Shown: positions 45,561 to 58,309, counted from the first letter of the stretch. The stretch is 64,000 bases of DNA from an uncultured Nitrososphaerales archaeon (GCA_963709405.1 CAVPXM010000069.1:56198-120197); one strand, 5' to 3'. The notes: generated from the sequence alone by a model not told the origin. Translations and numbers: made by a program.

Positions 45561-46180
45561 TCGACAGCTGGAGCTATTCAGGAACGCTTTCCAGTACATT
45601 CAAAGATGTGACACCATATACGTCGATACAAACCTCCAACTCTTATCAATTAACGATAACGATCCTCACACTAAATTCATATCTAATCTCCTCCGATGAC
45701 ATCCTAGGATACAACCATTTGTACAAGGATCATTTCGATTGAATCAGAGTCGTTTAATTTTACTCGATCGTACATTATTGTGACGAACCTGAAATACCTT
45801 ATCTTGTATAAAGCACATTTGAAATTGGTTTCATTAAATTCATACCTTCTGGTGTCTACGTTTGATATCAAGTACATCTTTGTAGCCTTACGCTATTGCT
45901 TACTGCAGCTCATACTGGGCAGTATCATCTCCTCGTATAGTACTATGCAAGACAGGAACGAGTACTTAGAATGCTATTAAGGCTTGCGAACACCGTCAGG
46001 CATTTCATCAAAATATAGAAAAATACTACACTACATCGAATTGACCTACTGCAACATTTAGTTCAACAGATTTCGTTAATTCTTTCGAACGATCGTCAAA
46101 AGTGGTATCATATATAAAGCAAACTTTAGTAATTAATTTTTAGGTCAAAATTCTCTCATACATGCTTTATTACCCTAATT

Positions 46181-46423
46181 TTAAACCTCTTTTGTTGTCT
46201 TTACTTCTGTAATCCAGTCACACTTGATACCATGTTTCTCATGATGATTTACTATTGCCTCTTTATCCGGAGCGTTCAAGAGACAATACCACTTATCTTC
46301 TTCTTTGTTATACATCATATTATCATGCGTTACTCCAAATTCATCTTTAGGAGAGTTTTGTGCTTTTCTTAAGGTTTCCTCATCAACACCTTTCAAATTG
46401 TGGGCATCAAGGAACTTTGGCAT
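46181..46423 (-). CDS. DUF4242 / SCO4226-like nickel-binding protein
   Basis: MPKFLDAH...GVTH...YCLLNAPDKEAIVNHHEKHG..CDWITEV. Confidence 0.88.
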   Translation of the reverse strand: MPKFLDAHNLKGVDEETLRKAQNSPKDEFGVTHDNMMYNKEEDKWYCLLNAPDKEAIVNHHEKHGIKCDWITEVKTTKEV

Positions 46424-47330
46424 TCTATTTCGTGTTTGTATTAGGTTGCTCTTAAAGATACTGGATATATGCACATTATCACGATGAGTTAGGACTTCAA
46501 CTTCATGCCAATTCCTTTTTGTGGGATATGGTATAACCAAGTAAATGATGTTCAATATTCAATAGGCCTATTCACATGCTTATGGATATCATGTTCGGAT
46601 ATCAGATGAAGTGTTTAATTTTCCATCAGATCGAATTCGAGATTGCTCAAACCATTAAATCTCAGCATGGGCCACTGAAGGGAAATCCATATCCAGGAAA
46701 TCGTCACGTTAGTTGACTTGATAGCAGCCCTTGCTACAAATAATACTCATTTCCCACTTTTATTCGCGTTCCAACTGTAGTAAATTCACATAATTTAGAT
46801 ACCGGCGGATTTAATGAAGTTGGAAACTATGACTGTAATTTATAGCTAAGATACTTTAACTAACTTCTTCCAGTTTCCTTTAGTCTCGTTGAGTGGCGTA
46901 ATGACGTATTTATGGCTATTGATCAATCAAGCTGACAGTCCAGTAAAAATAATCGATTTCATTAGATATAACAGTATGAATGAATGTGCAAGAGTACTGA
47001 GTTCAATGGATCTATTGGATGGACTTGAGACGAATGAAAACCATGTTGGCCACAACCAGCTAAAGCACCAGTCGATGCTCCAAACATTACGTACATTATA
47101 TTAGATGATGTAGGATATGATTGGTCAAGTTGCTACGGTGGTTCTACTAATACTCCACACACATAGATAAGCCATATATATATTCACTGCGGGTAGTAGG
47201 AATGGAACAACATCTGTAGACGTAAATGCATTAATGATCGAGTTGATATATTAGAATGATGACCTTAAGGAACTACTGCACCACGGCTTTCTCGGATGAT
47301 TTAAATACGCTAAGACCTATAGTATTTCAA

Positions 47331-47530
47331 ATGAAAAAGGTGCTCCTGCTATCTTCAACCATGGTTTTTTTGACATTACTTTTAATGACTGGAAGTGGGA
47401 TTATTAACTCGGCCCACGCATGTCCAATTACGGATGGGGCTGCGGACTAAAAGGAAATCCGACTACACCAAATAGTCCCACTACTCAAATCTCGCAAACG
47501 CCGCAACCATTGCAGTCTCAGTCAGTCTAA
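47331..47530 (+). CDS. Small secreted peptide (probable frameshift near 47445)
   Basis: MKKVLLLSSTMVFLTLLLMTGSGIINSAHA signal, then CP... and an S/T/P/Q-rich tail in another frame; T-rich terminator-like tract after the stop. Confidence 0.5.
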
Positions 47531-48161
47531 ATCGCATCGCATATTTCTCTCTTTTATTTTTGTTTCTATAAATTATTACTAACTCAATCTTATAACTAGC
47601 TTTAACAAGCAGATCTAAATCATGATGTGGTCAAGCCTCCTAGGGTAATTGAAACCCGTTGCTTACGATTCATCTACATTTCAAAATTATTCGGCCAATC
47701 TCCAAGGAAAAGAGGTCGTTTTCAGTTTTGGATCCAGAAGAGATCCGATACGAGATCTGATCTCACTTATGTGAAAGGAACCACCACTTTCGGATCGAAG
47801 GTGTAGGACTAGGGATTTTTATTATTCAGGAATAATGAGACATAGAGCGAATCTATATAGAAATAACGTAAGACTGATTGCAAAAACGACCACTTCAATC
47901 AGGTGTACCGTTTATTGATTCGCATAAAGAATCAAGAGAGTATGTGGTAATATTTCATATTTCATTTACGGTATTTAAAATTTGAATAAGTAAAGAAACT
48001 GTACTAACAATATATTGCTATAAAACATGCATGCTTATACTGAATAATGATGCACAATGTTTATCTGTCCTTTAGATTGTGAATGATTCATATTTTTTAA
48101 TGGTTTTGTAAGGTTTAGTGACTATTTATATATCACCATTACATGTAATGATTTATGGCTC

Positions 48162-49390
48162 ATGGGAGATAATGACTCAGATTTTGACACATTTGTTAAC
48201 GTATCAGCTAGTCCTTACACAAAGGACTTGTCCACAAGAGGCGATGTTTCTGATGAAATCTCATTTTTCGATTATTCACAACATTATTGTGTATGCTATG
48301 TAGATATATCAGAGTCTACAAAGATTACTGCGGCAATCACAGACTCTCAAAAAATTAGAGAGTATTACTCAACATTCCTCAATTCGATGGCGAGCTGTAA
48401 TATCAGATTTTCACGGAAAAGTTATTAAGAGTACTGGAGATGGTATCCTTTACTATTTCCCAGATACTAGTAATTTGGAAAGTAATTCTGCGTTCAATGA
48501 TGTCTTTGAGTGTGGCCTTACCATGATTTCCGTAAGATCCGTCATCAATACAAAACTCTCAGGGATTGCACCAGCTTTAAGTTATAGGGTTAGCGCAGAT
48601 TATGGCAGAGTAGAGGTCGCCAGATCTGGCAGCAAATCCTGATAGGGATGATCTATTCGGTTCTACAGTAAACCTTTGTGCGAAGATAAACTCGAAGGCG
48701 TCTCCAAATGAAATGGTAGTAGGAGGAGATCTATATCAAGTGTTGAGGAATCCGTCTTTTTCATTACTTAATTCCAAGTATAAATTCAGGGCAAAAAGTG
48801 AATATTGTCTAGATTCAAAACATCCATATCCCGTGTATAGTGTTGTACGAAAGGAAAGCATAGATTCAGACAATATCATTAGTCGATATGAAAGAATCTT
48901 CAGTACGATAATCGTGAAAAATCGCCCGTTGCAGCCATCTGTCAGTAACACTAACCAACGAACACGTCAATTACAGTCACGAGAATATCTAGAGCAACAA
49001 ACACAGGATAAGGACCTGTCCCCTCACGTCTTGATAGTCGACGATGAGCCCGATGTACTATTAACATATAGATCTTTCCTGGAAGATGCAGGATATAGTG
49101 TCGAAGCATTCTCTGACCCACAAGAGTCATTAAAGAAGTTTGCGGAACACTCCCCTTCTTATTATGACCTAGTAATTTTAGATATACGAATGCCTGGTGT
49201 AAATGGGCTACAATTATACAGTAGAATGAAGGCAATCAATGCCGATGTTAAGATTATATTTCTCTCTGCCTTAGATGCAGCAGAAGAATTATTGAGCATA
49301 CTGCCAGGGATAAAGAATAAGGATACATTTATTAGAAAACCAGTGGACCTTCGAATGTTTCTTAATACAGTGAGGACCGTTCTCAATTAG
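48162..49390 (+). CDS. Class III adenylate/guanylate cyclase-like domain fused to a C-terminal receiver (frameshifts near 48400 and 48635)
   Basis: CYVDISEST, VIKSTGDGILYYF, SADYGRV and DLFGSTVNLCAKIN; receiver VLIVDDE, ILDIRMP, FLSA, RKP. Confidence 0.85.
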
Positions 49391-50120
49391 GTCTTGTTTA
49401 AATTTTATTTGCTATATATATCCCTGAAGTGTATACTGATAAAGTGATACGACGACTCTTCTGTAACATCACAAAGATACAGGGTTACATCTTGGCAGCT
49501 AAACGATTCATTTGCTAACCTGGATATTTATCACTAAATTAAGGCATGAATGGGAGTAGCTAGTTTTTTTAATGAATAATGCTTAGGCTAATGCTAAATT
49601 CTCTCCTCTTGGAATGCTCAGTTGAAGATTAGACTACAGTCTGAGACAAGCTTCGACGTCGATATTATGTTTTTATTATCTCTACTATTATCACACTGCA
49701 TGAATACAAATGGGAGGCTAATAACTGAATCTTGGTGCATCGACAGACTCGAACTCCACACAATATCCCCACTCAATATCAGCAAATTTGAATAACTAGG
49801 CGTCTGCTAACTTTGTGCGTTAGAACTAAATTTTGCCTGAGCTAATATAATTTTCAATGCCCATCCTCATATCCAATACCAAGCGAATATTGTATTGGCA
49901 TTTCCATAGCCTATTGTCTGATACCATTTATTAGTACCAGGTAAAGATATAATCATGCTTAACTACATTAATATTTCTTAAAAGTGACTGGAATGATAAT
50001 GCTAACTCTTCTATTGCTTCATACCGCCAATAAGATACAGACTTGATCATTTGTAATAGGCGTGGCTAAATTCATAACTGGGACCAAAGTATTTTGCGTA
50101 AAGGACTAGAAAGAGAGAAA

Positions 50121-50354
50121 ATGATCAAAGTTAATGGATACGCAGCCAAGCAAATCAACGGGCCTCTTACTCCGTATTCTTTTCAAACACGAGATCCTCG
50201 CGATCATGATGTTGTAATCGAGATTCAGTACTGTGGTATTTGCCATACCGACATACATCAAGTTCGTAACGAATGGGGGTCATCAAATTTTCCAATGGTT
50301 CCTGGACACGAGATTGTCGGGATCGTATCAGGCATCGGTTCCAAAGTGACTTAA
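50121..50354 (+). pseudogene. Zn-dependent (cinnamyl/YahK-type) alcohol dehydrogenase, N-terminal fragment
   Basis: YCGICHTDIH and VPGHEIVG motifs, then a stop. Confidence 0.9.
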
Positions 50355-50411
50355 AAAGATATTCGGCCAACTTATAAAGGCTTATAACAAACCGACGGCT
50401 AGACGTATGTA

Positions 50412-51449
50412 ATGGATGGGAAAGATAAATCCGTATTCCATGCGTCATATTATTTGACGGCAATCACATTTCTCATAATTGGTATAATTGTTACCGGCAT
50501 ATTTGGTTGCACATTAATATTAAACCAAAATCATACTGCAATGGCACAACAGCCTAATGGTATATCTTTTCAGATGGATAACATGACATTTTCACATCAT
50601 ACGACTTCAGTTAATGGTATTAAATTACACTATGTTATTGGAGGACATGGCGATCCTGTTATTTTATTACACGGATGGCCAGAAACATGGTATGCATGGC
50701 ATCCAATAATGCCATCCTTAGCAAAGAACTATACTGTTATTGCGCCTGATCTTCGTGGCCTAGGAGACTCCTCAAAACCACCAACTGGTTATGATGGTAA
50801 GACTGTAGCTGAAGATATACATCAACTAGTTACTCAATTAGGATTTAAAACAATTTTCCTGGTGGGTCATGATATCGGAACACAGGTAGCCTATTCTTAT
50901 GCAGCTGCACATCCTACGGAAGTAAAGAGATTAGTAGCCATGGAATTAACAATTCCTGGTTTCGCACCTCCAGGAAGACCGCCATTATGGTGGGCCATAT
51001 TCCATCAAACACCAGACGTACCAGAAGCCCTTGTACAAGGAAAAGAGATGATGTATTTATCATGGTTTTATCGTGGTCTTGCATATAATCCGTCTGCGAT
51101 AACACAAGCGGATATCAACGAATATGTTAGCCATTATTCTGCTCCAGGCGGAATGCGTGCCGGGTTTGAGTATTATAGAGCTTTCCCGCAGGATGCAATT
51201 CAAAATATGAATTATTCTAAGATTAAGCTTACAATGCCAGTACTGGCTGTAGGAGGAGGATACATTCCAGTGTTAGGAGGTAATATCACTATGCCTAGTA
51301 TTGTGTATGGGATGAAGATATTGGCTCAAAATGTTCAGGGTATTAAAGTACCAAATTCAGGACATTATATTCCAGAAGAGAGGCCAGACTTCGTAATAAA
51401 AGCACTCGACAATTTCTTTGGGCGTAATACTACTAGTACTAGTAAATGA
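50412..51449 (+). CDS. Alpha/beta hydrolase (epoxide hydrolase/haloacetate dehalogenase-like) with N-terminal signal/TM
   Basis: LHGWPE, PDLRGLGDS, GHDIG (Asp nucleophile), YYRA and GHYIPEE. Confidence 0.93.
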   Translation: MDGKDKSVFHASYYLTAITFLIIGIIVTGIFGCTLILNQNHTAMAQQPNGISFQMDNMTFSHHTTSVNGIKLHYVIGGHGDPVILLHGWPETWYAWHPIMPSLAKNYTVIAPDLRGLGDSSKPPTGYDGKTVAEDIHQLVTQLGFKTIFLVGHDIGTQVAYSYAAAHPTEVKRLVAMELTIPGFAPPGRPPLWWAIFHQTPDVPEALVQGKEMMYLSWFYRGLAYNPSAITQADINEYVSHYSAPGGMRAGFEYYRAFPQDAIQNMNYSKIKLTMPVLAVGGGYIPVLGGNITMPSIVYGMKILAQNVQGIKVPNSGHYIPEERPDFVIKALDNFFGRNTTSTSK

Positions 51450-51619
51450 GTACTATCCAACAACTCTTTTAAATATAAAATCAAAAACCAAATGGTTGTG
51501 AAGAATGTCTGCAAATTGTCTCTGATTGGGTACATTTACGTTTATGTTTGACAAGTGGTCACGACTGGTCACGATCATCCTTAAGGGGAATTTGGAATTT
51601 AGACTGAAGCATCTATGGT

Positions 51620-52145
51620 AACTTAGGGGAGCCTAATCCATTGGAAAGCCAGTCCACGCAGGAAGCTTGCCATCATCGGGCTCGGCGGCCTCGGGCATAT
51701 CGGAGTAAAAATTGCACACGAATTGGGAGCGGAAGTCACGGTCTTGAGCCCCTCGCTGAAAAAACAAGATGATGCGTTGAAATTGGGAGCCGACCTCTTT
51801 TTTGCAACATCCGATCCGGCTATCTTCAAAAAACTGCTTAGAGGATATTTTGATCTAATGATTAATACTGGACTTGGACTTCCTGAAAAGGAAATGCAGG
51901 TTGGTGCTTTTTCGCTTACTAGCGCACGTCGTAGTATAGCAGGCTCAGTCATTGGTGGGATTTAGGAAACCCGGGAGATGCTAAACTTCTGTAACGCACA
52001 CAACATTACTTGCGACATCGAACTAATTCCAATTCATCAGGTGAATGAGGCTTTTGAACGAGTCGTGAACGGCGATGTTCGATGTAGGTTTGTTATAGAC
52101 ATTTCAAATTCGCTTAGGTTTGGGAAGCAATTCCCAGATAAGTAA
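51620..52145 (+). pseudogene. Zn-dependent alcohol dehydrogenase, C-terminal fragment
   Basis: [15 protein letters not shown] and [16 protein letters not shown]...[16 protein letters not shown]; internal stop and deletion. Confidence 0.9.
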
Positions 52146-52790
52146 TACCCCGAGCCTACACTTATTAGAGCGAGAAAGGTTTAGCCGCGACCCAAAGCTT
52201 GCTGAAATTTCATAATTAAAATAAGGATGTGTTAAGAACAATCCTATGCGGCATGAGCAAAATCCTTCTACGCATCTCTACCAACGGGCCATACCTAGCC
52301 TTCTAGAACTTGGTGTTAGTACGATGCAATACGAGCCCAGATTACTGCTATCGTTAGATACCAAAACCATCCCAAAGCCAACGTATCAATAGGACATTAA
52401 TGTTGCCGTTTACCATAGTGATATCGTGTTACCATTCAAGGTAAACAGGAATATTGAATAAATGTTTAGAAAGACTATTGGAGAAGTTAGATGGAAATTC
52501 AAAGGTAAGTTGAAGCATACACTTGAAGGATCGATGTTTATGTGGATCGCCTCTTATACAAAACGGTATGAATTTATGTTTCTGTCAATGTGAATGGTGA
52601 GAGGTATGAACAGATTTGTAAACACTATTCATCACAGAATGCAGACCCGATAGTAGCGGTAATGGTGATGATTAAAATGAAGTGACTTCAATCATACTTC
52701 TAATGACCGGCCAAGTCTCTAAGATTGCCCAACTTATCCCTGTGATAAGAGGCAGTATCAAGTGAGCGTTACTACTGATCTCTATTATTA

Positions 52791-52811
52791 TCATCATCAT
52801 CATCATCATCA
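52791..52811. repeat. (TCA)7 microsatellite
   Basis: Direct reading. Confidence 0.8.
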
Positions 52812-53387
52812 TTATAATAGAAGGTATTCAGTTTGTTAGTATTACAGATGGAAATGATTTAGAGGTATCTGGCAACTTTCATTTGTCATTATTTTATATT
52901 ATCAAGTATTGTTGTCTCACAGCTATTTTCGTGATGTTATTAATAATAGTTAAAAAGATATGATGGCATGACAAGAGTTAGTAGACCACCATTTTCTAAC
53001 GTTGCCTATTCAGGTACATTACTAGTCCAATTTTCTACACTTTTAATACTATTCGAAGTGATCTTAGAGATCATTATTTTCCATCAATATAACACTCTTC
53101 TTATTATTAGTAGTTTATTTTAGTCATTTTTTCTCGGCTGGTTTACTTGCTGTCCTATCGTTGAAACAAAAAGAATGAAACAGATACCATTGACATTGAA
53201 CATTAATTGATATATCATAGCCGATATACTAAATGTGGAACACAAGGTCCAGATACAGATACCAATAAATCACTTCCCTCCTTAAATCATCGAATCTAGT
53301 ATTTGCACTTGACGGTACAATTACGCATAATGAAAAGAGGGAATTAGCCCAGTTGTGAACATTTCAAAGGATGCATAATCGGCTCTA

Positions 53388-54047
53388 CTAATACATAATA
53401 CTTTTCAGTTCTAAATATTGAATTATTGAGACACCGGAATATTGTAACTGGTACTTCAATGGCTGGGCCAAGTCTGTCTTATCATTATCTAATGTGGTAA
53501 CCTCTAAAATCATTTTATATGTTCCTGGATGAGAAAATATTTGACCGTTGACGATTACTGGACTGCCAGGGTCGGCTATCCAAGCATTTGTCAAATCATC
53601 CATGGTTCCACCAACAGTATGCGTTGGAGGTGAGGTAACGCTGCCGCTGGTTTGTCGAATATTAACATTGATGTCACCATCATGAGAATGGAAAAATTCA
53701 GAAAGAATGTGTTTCCCAGCATTAGATATATCCATTCTTACAGTTACATGATATATTTTTTGCTTTGTATTCTGATCTACAAAGAAGATCTTCATTAAAG
53801 CATTCTGACCAACTCTAATGATTTTTGGTGTAACCTCGAAATGCGACACTATTTTTCTATTTCCAACACTAGCGGCTGGGGGCATCATCATGTGTTGAGC
53901 AAGTGCAACTGGAATCGTACAGGAATTGGTAATTAACAACAACCCAACAAGAATAGGGGTCGTAGTGCAAATGGCAACAAGATATCTACTCGATGACGGT
54001 ATTTGCGATTTATTGTGTACATAATTGGACTTAGTACGTGAACTCAA
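53388..54047 (-). CDS. Secreted beta-sandwich hypothetical protein, possibly metal-binding
   Basis: Signal/TM; mature N-terminus QHMMMPP; HVT, FHSHDG and GTYK motifs. Confidence 0.75.
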   Translation of the reverse strand: MSSRTKSNYVHNKSQIPSSSRYLVAICTTTPILVGLLLITNSCTIPVALAQHMMMPPAASVGNRKIVSHFEVTPKIIRVGQNALMKIFFVDQNTKQKIYHVTVRMDISNAGKHILSEFFHSHDGDINVNIRQTSGSVTSPPTHTVGGTMDDLTNAWIADPGSPVIVNGQIFSHPGTYKMILEVTTLDNDKTDLAQPLKYQLQYSGVSIIQYLELKSIMY

Positions 54048-54679
54048 TCATCCGTGTACAGAATCAGTATTATTAATATCTTGTTATGTATCTGAAGACC
54101 CGTGTTTAGTTAAGACGATAGAGCTCCCTTCAAGTTTCGTGTGGTTGTCTGGATAACCAATTACGATGCCTAGAAAATTAGGTGAGGAGCGAAGGTAAAA
54201 TTAATCGCGAATCCTCCAATTCTACCTAACCCTCAGTCTCCTCGCTCGTAAAGACTGGGGACGGCTTGTACAATTACGGAAAGGGTGAAAGATCGGCTAC
54301 ACAATCCGCAATACTAGTTCAGGGTACACCTAGATTTTTAGTTCAGGTAGTTCGGTGACTACTGGGATCTATTTCGAGATCAGCACAGTGCTTTTGACTG
54401 AAAGAGTGAAAATTTTCTTATCGTTTACAAGTACTGTCGCGAGCAGTAAGAATTCTCACAATATTTCTTATCAAATGGAACCGGACACTGGTTAGTGAAG
54501 TCAAGAGAAGTACTACTGCAGTAAATGAATCAAATACTCAGTTGAAAATGGCGAATAACCAATTAAAAGAACAATAGAAATTGCAAAAAAGAATTTATTG
54601 ATATAGCGGCTCATGAGTTTAGTATTCCGATTCAACAGATAATCCGATTGTCTATCTGATATTATCGGGTCTAAACCAA

Positions 54680-55346
54680 AAGACTCAGAAATCATTAAAT
54701 TGCAAGCTGTTGTGATTAGGAATGCTAATCGATTATTGCGGCTAACTGGTGATCTGCTTGATGTTGCAAGAATTGAAGTCAAAACTTAAGGTTACAGAAG
54801 GAGCGTTTTAATCTAAACGAGAATATAAAGACCGTAGTACATGATATTAAATCTGAATTTCCAGATAACGACGATATACAATTGTTGTTCGATCCAAGAA
54901 GTCCTGTCTTTATAGATGGAGATAAAGGAAGGATCTATCAGGTTATTTCTAATTTGGTACGAAATGCAATTAAATTTACCAAGCAAGGAGCTTTATCAAT
55001 TCAAACAGACTTACACGAGATCAGGCGGTTGTCAGTATAAAGGATAGTGGCCAGGGATTAACCTCTGAAATTTATCCGAAATAGTTTTGAAAATTCGGAA
55101 CGACATCTCCTACCGGTACAGGATTAGGCTTATTTATTTCCAAGGGTTTAGTTGACGCATATGGTGGACGACTATGAGTAGAAAGCAATGCTAATTGCAA
55201 AGGCGCCACATTTCTGTTTAGCATACCGGTTATCAATCATCGTAGCAAATCGTTCGTTCGTCGTAGAGATATTCAGAGGGGATTCACACTAACTGACAAT
55301 GATAAAGACGACGAAACTGATACCAACCATAATAGTCAGGAGTAAG
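54680..55346 (+). pseudogene. Histidine kinase remnant
   Basis: RNANRLLRLTGDLLDVARIE, QVISNLVRNAIKFT, KDSGQG, GTGLGLFISK and GATF; in-frame stops and no H-box. Confidence 0.88.
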
Positions 55347-55426
55347 ACTACTTAGACTATACGTCATAGTAATCTTCATCTGGTTTGGATATTGTACCAG
55401 ACGTATATGCAGCAAATGAACAGGTG

Positions 55427-56879
55427 CTACCATCCTAATACCTTTGCAGATTTTGAGGCGGCTTGTGCTAACGCAAGTTTTGGATCCTCGTTCTCAAATT
55501 GAACTTGATAGATCGCCTGTCGAATATTATCAGCTATTTGAGGATATTCAGGTATGGTGGGTCGTATTCCCCCAAACTGAATCATTGAGACTAACTGTCT
55601 ATAATATGGATAAGATGAAGTATTTAAATTTAATAAATCGTTTTTACCCATAGATATTTGAGTCGGAAGGTATCCTCCTTGGTGAAGAAAAGAATGAAAT
55701 GGGTTTGGTGCCAGCATTAATTCAATCAGCTTCCATGCGAGTTCTTTATGGGTAGAAGTCTTAGGAATGCTTAACGCCCAACCTCCCATCAATGTTGAAG
55801 TTCGATTATTTTTATATGGTACTGGCAGCGTTGGGATAAAACCAATCTTGTCTTCAAAATCCTTTGCGGACATGTTTTGAAGAAATGCTACGGGTAGCCA
55901 TGAGCCTTCAATCATCACTGCGAACTTCCTGTCAAGAAATTCTAATCCCCAAAAATGATTTTTCTGTGGTTTTATGTCCAGCATCGACCTGCTGTCTTGA
56001 TAAAATTCATAGCTCTTAGACCTTCAGTACTATTATACGCAGGAAACCAGTAACTACCTTTTGTTGGATGTCCAGACTTCATCTTCAGTATTTCACCTCC
56101 AAGCATCCACAGATATGGATACCATAAATCAGGAGAATGACTAGCACCTGTAAGATGAATTCCTTCTATTCCTTGAGGTCTAAGAACTGTGTCTAGTTTT
56201 TTTGCCGCTGCAATATATCCGTCCCAAGTCTTTAAGGAATTAGGATCAACACCAGCCTTCACTCAGTAGATCTTTCCAGTACCATATTCCTCGAATATCA
56301 GTCCATGCCCATATTCCATAAACCTTTCCACCATATATACCACCATACCAATTCTCTTCATACCAGTCTTTTTCTCTTCCCCAATTCTTCGTATAATTGG
56401 TAAGATCAGTCAAGAGTCCTTTCTGAGCGAACTCTCCAAGCCATATTTGATCCAAGGATATTAGATCAGTTGATCCAGCGACCGTTGTATGATTAAGCGC
56501 TTTTAATGCCTGAAATCGAATTTGATTCGATGGGTACTCGAGATATTTTAATTGAATATCCAAATTTGGATACATCATTTTTAACTTGGCGAGTGCACTG
56601 TCGAGTAGAAATTTTCCCATTTCACGATTTGTATGTAATTCTACGAACATAGCTGTTAGGATAACCTTTTCCTTTGAAGCTGCTAACTGCGGCAAAACTT
56701 GGTTGAGCAACGATTGTAGGAATAATTACAGTATTTGCTACTAACAAAAAGATTATGTAGGGTGTAAGAGTACTGCAAATTCTAAAGACAAAGGAGAGGC
56801 CTATAATCTGTAGAATATATCCGTTCCGTAATCCATTCATTCGATCATGATACAATGAAACAAATTTTCTAGTTGACAT
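55427..56879 (-). CDS. Sugar-type ABC extracellular solute-binding protein, paralog 2 (several frameshifts)
   Basis: ORF pieces join into: signal, DLISLDQIWLGEFA, WTDIRGIWYWKDLL, GGWALSIP and RPTIPEYPQIADNI. Confidence 0.88.
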
Positions 56880-57944
56880 TCTCACATTTATCTCACCAAC
56901 CCAATACTTTTGCAGATTTATTAGCCGCTTCATCCAGAGCTTGCTTTGGCTCTTTTATGCCATAGTAAACTTCGTCAAGTGCGTGGTGGATATTATCAGC
57001 TATTTGAGGATATTCTGGTATACTGGGTCTACTATGTCCTGCTTTGAGTAGAGCGATTAATTTATCGTAATAAGGTGTTGTATTGTTTATGAGTCCGGAA
57101 TATTGACCCTCTCCTATAGGTATCTGTGTTGGAAGGTTCGAGTGCTGCAGCCAAATACGAAGCAAGTATTTTGGGTTTTAGCATTATTGTAAGCAGCTCC
57201 CACGCAAGCGCTTTGTGTATCGACGTGAGAGGAACAGCTAATTCCCAGCCTCCCATTAAACTGGAGGTCACATGGGACGTAGTTGGTACCGGGAACATAG
57301 GTATGAATCCTACCTTCTGTTCAAATTCTGCTCGCTTTTCAGGGGAAGTAATTGGAAATTTCTCGTTTATATGATGTTGTAAGGCCTCAATCATCACTGC
57401 GAACTTCCTATCAAGAAATTCTAATCCCCAAAAATGATTTTTCTGTGGTTTTATTCCAGCATCGACCTGCTGCTTGATAAAATTCATAGCTCTTAGACCT
57501 TCAGTACTATTATACGCAGGAAACCAGTAGCTACCTTTTGTTGGATGTCCAGACTTCATCTTCAGTATTTCACCTCCAAGCATCCACAGATATGGATACC
57601 ATAAATCAGGAGAATGACTAGCACCTGTAAGATGAATTCCTTCTATTCCTTGAGGTCTAAGAACTGTGTCTAGTTTTTTTGCCGTTCCAATATATCCGTC
57701 CCAAGTCTTTAAGGAATTAGGATCAACACCAGCTTCACTCAGTAGATCTTTCCAGTACCATATTCCTCGAATATCAGTCCATGCCCATATTCCATAAACC
57801 TTTCCACCATATATACCACCATCCCAATTTGCTTGATACCAGTCTTTTTCTCTTCCCCAATTCTTCGTATAATTGGTAAGATCAGTCAAGAGTCCTTTCT
57901 GAGCGAACTCTCCAAGCCATATTTGATCCAAGGATATTAGATCA
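55908..57944 (-). repeat. ~560-bp near-identical direct repeat inside the two solute-binding protein genes (55908-56468 and 57387-57944)
   Basis: Manual comparison: few substitutions, including at synonymous sites; flanks are clearly diverged. Confidence 0.9.
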
Positions 57945-58309
57945 ACTGGAGTCCGTGCTCCTAATGCCGCTAACATACGGGGTCTAGCTTGACTATACGT
58001 GAGCATGGTGGTGTTTAGTAATATCTCCTTATCAGGATGTCTTGCTCTTAGTTCTTGTAGTGCTGGTTGAAATAGGGAGTTCCATCTTCGTGGATCTCCT
58101 TGATCTTCAAGCATTGCCGTAATCGTAACTCTCTCTTTCTGAGCCTTCGCAGGTATACCAACTAAAGTAAAAGAACCTAAAGTTGCACTAGACATTACTA
58201 TCACCACAATAATGACACTTACTATGGATCTCGTACAAAGACTCTTCATTGGTGGGGGCCCATTATAAATAACTACAATTACTTTTAAAGATAATGAAAA
58301 TTTAAGCAT
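56893..58309 (-). CDS. Sugar-type ABC extracellular solute-binding protein, paralog 1 (frameshift near 57150; true start may be the Met near 58249)
   Basis: Same motifs as paralog 2; ends KSAKVLGW. Confidence 0.9.

Noticed and set aside
47785-47810. Small hairpin CACTTTCG-GAT-CGAAGGTG as an IS200/IS605 end
   Set aside because: No tnpA or tnpB remnant and no partner hairpin were found.
49733-49765. tRNA-like 3' end on the minus strand (GAGTTCGAGTC...GCACCA)
   Set aside because: The T-stem does not pair beyond 2 bp and no cloverleaf can be built.
52783-52815. Poly-His peptide from the (CAT)n tract
   Set aside because: No credible surrounding ORF; treated as a microsatellite.
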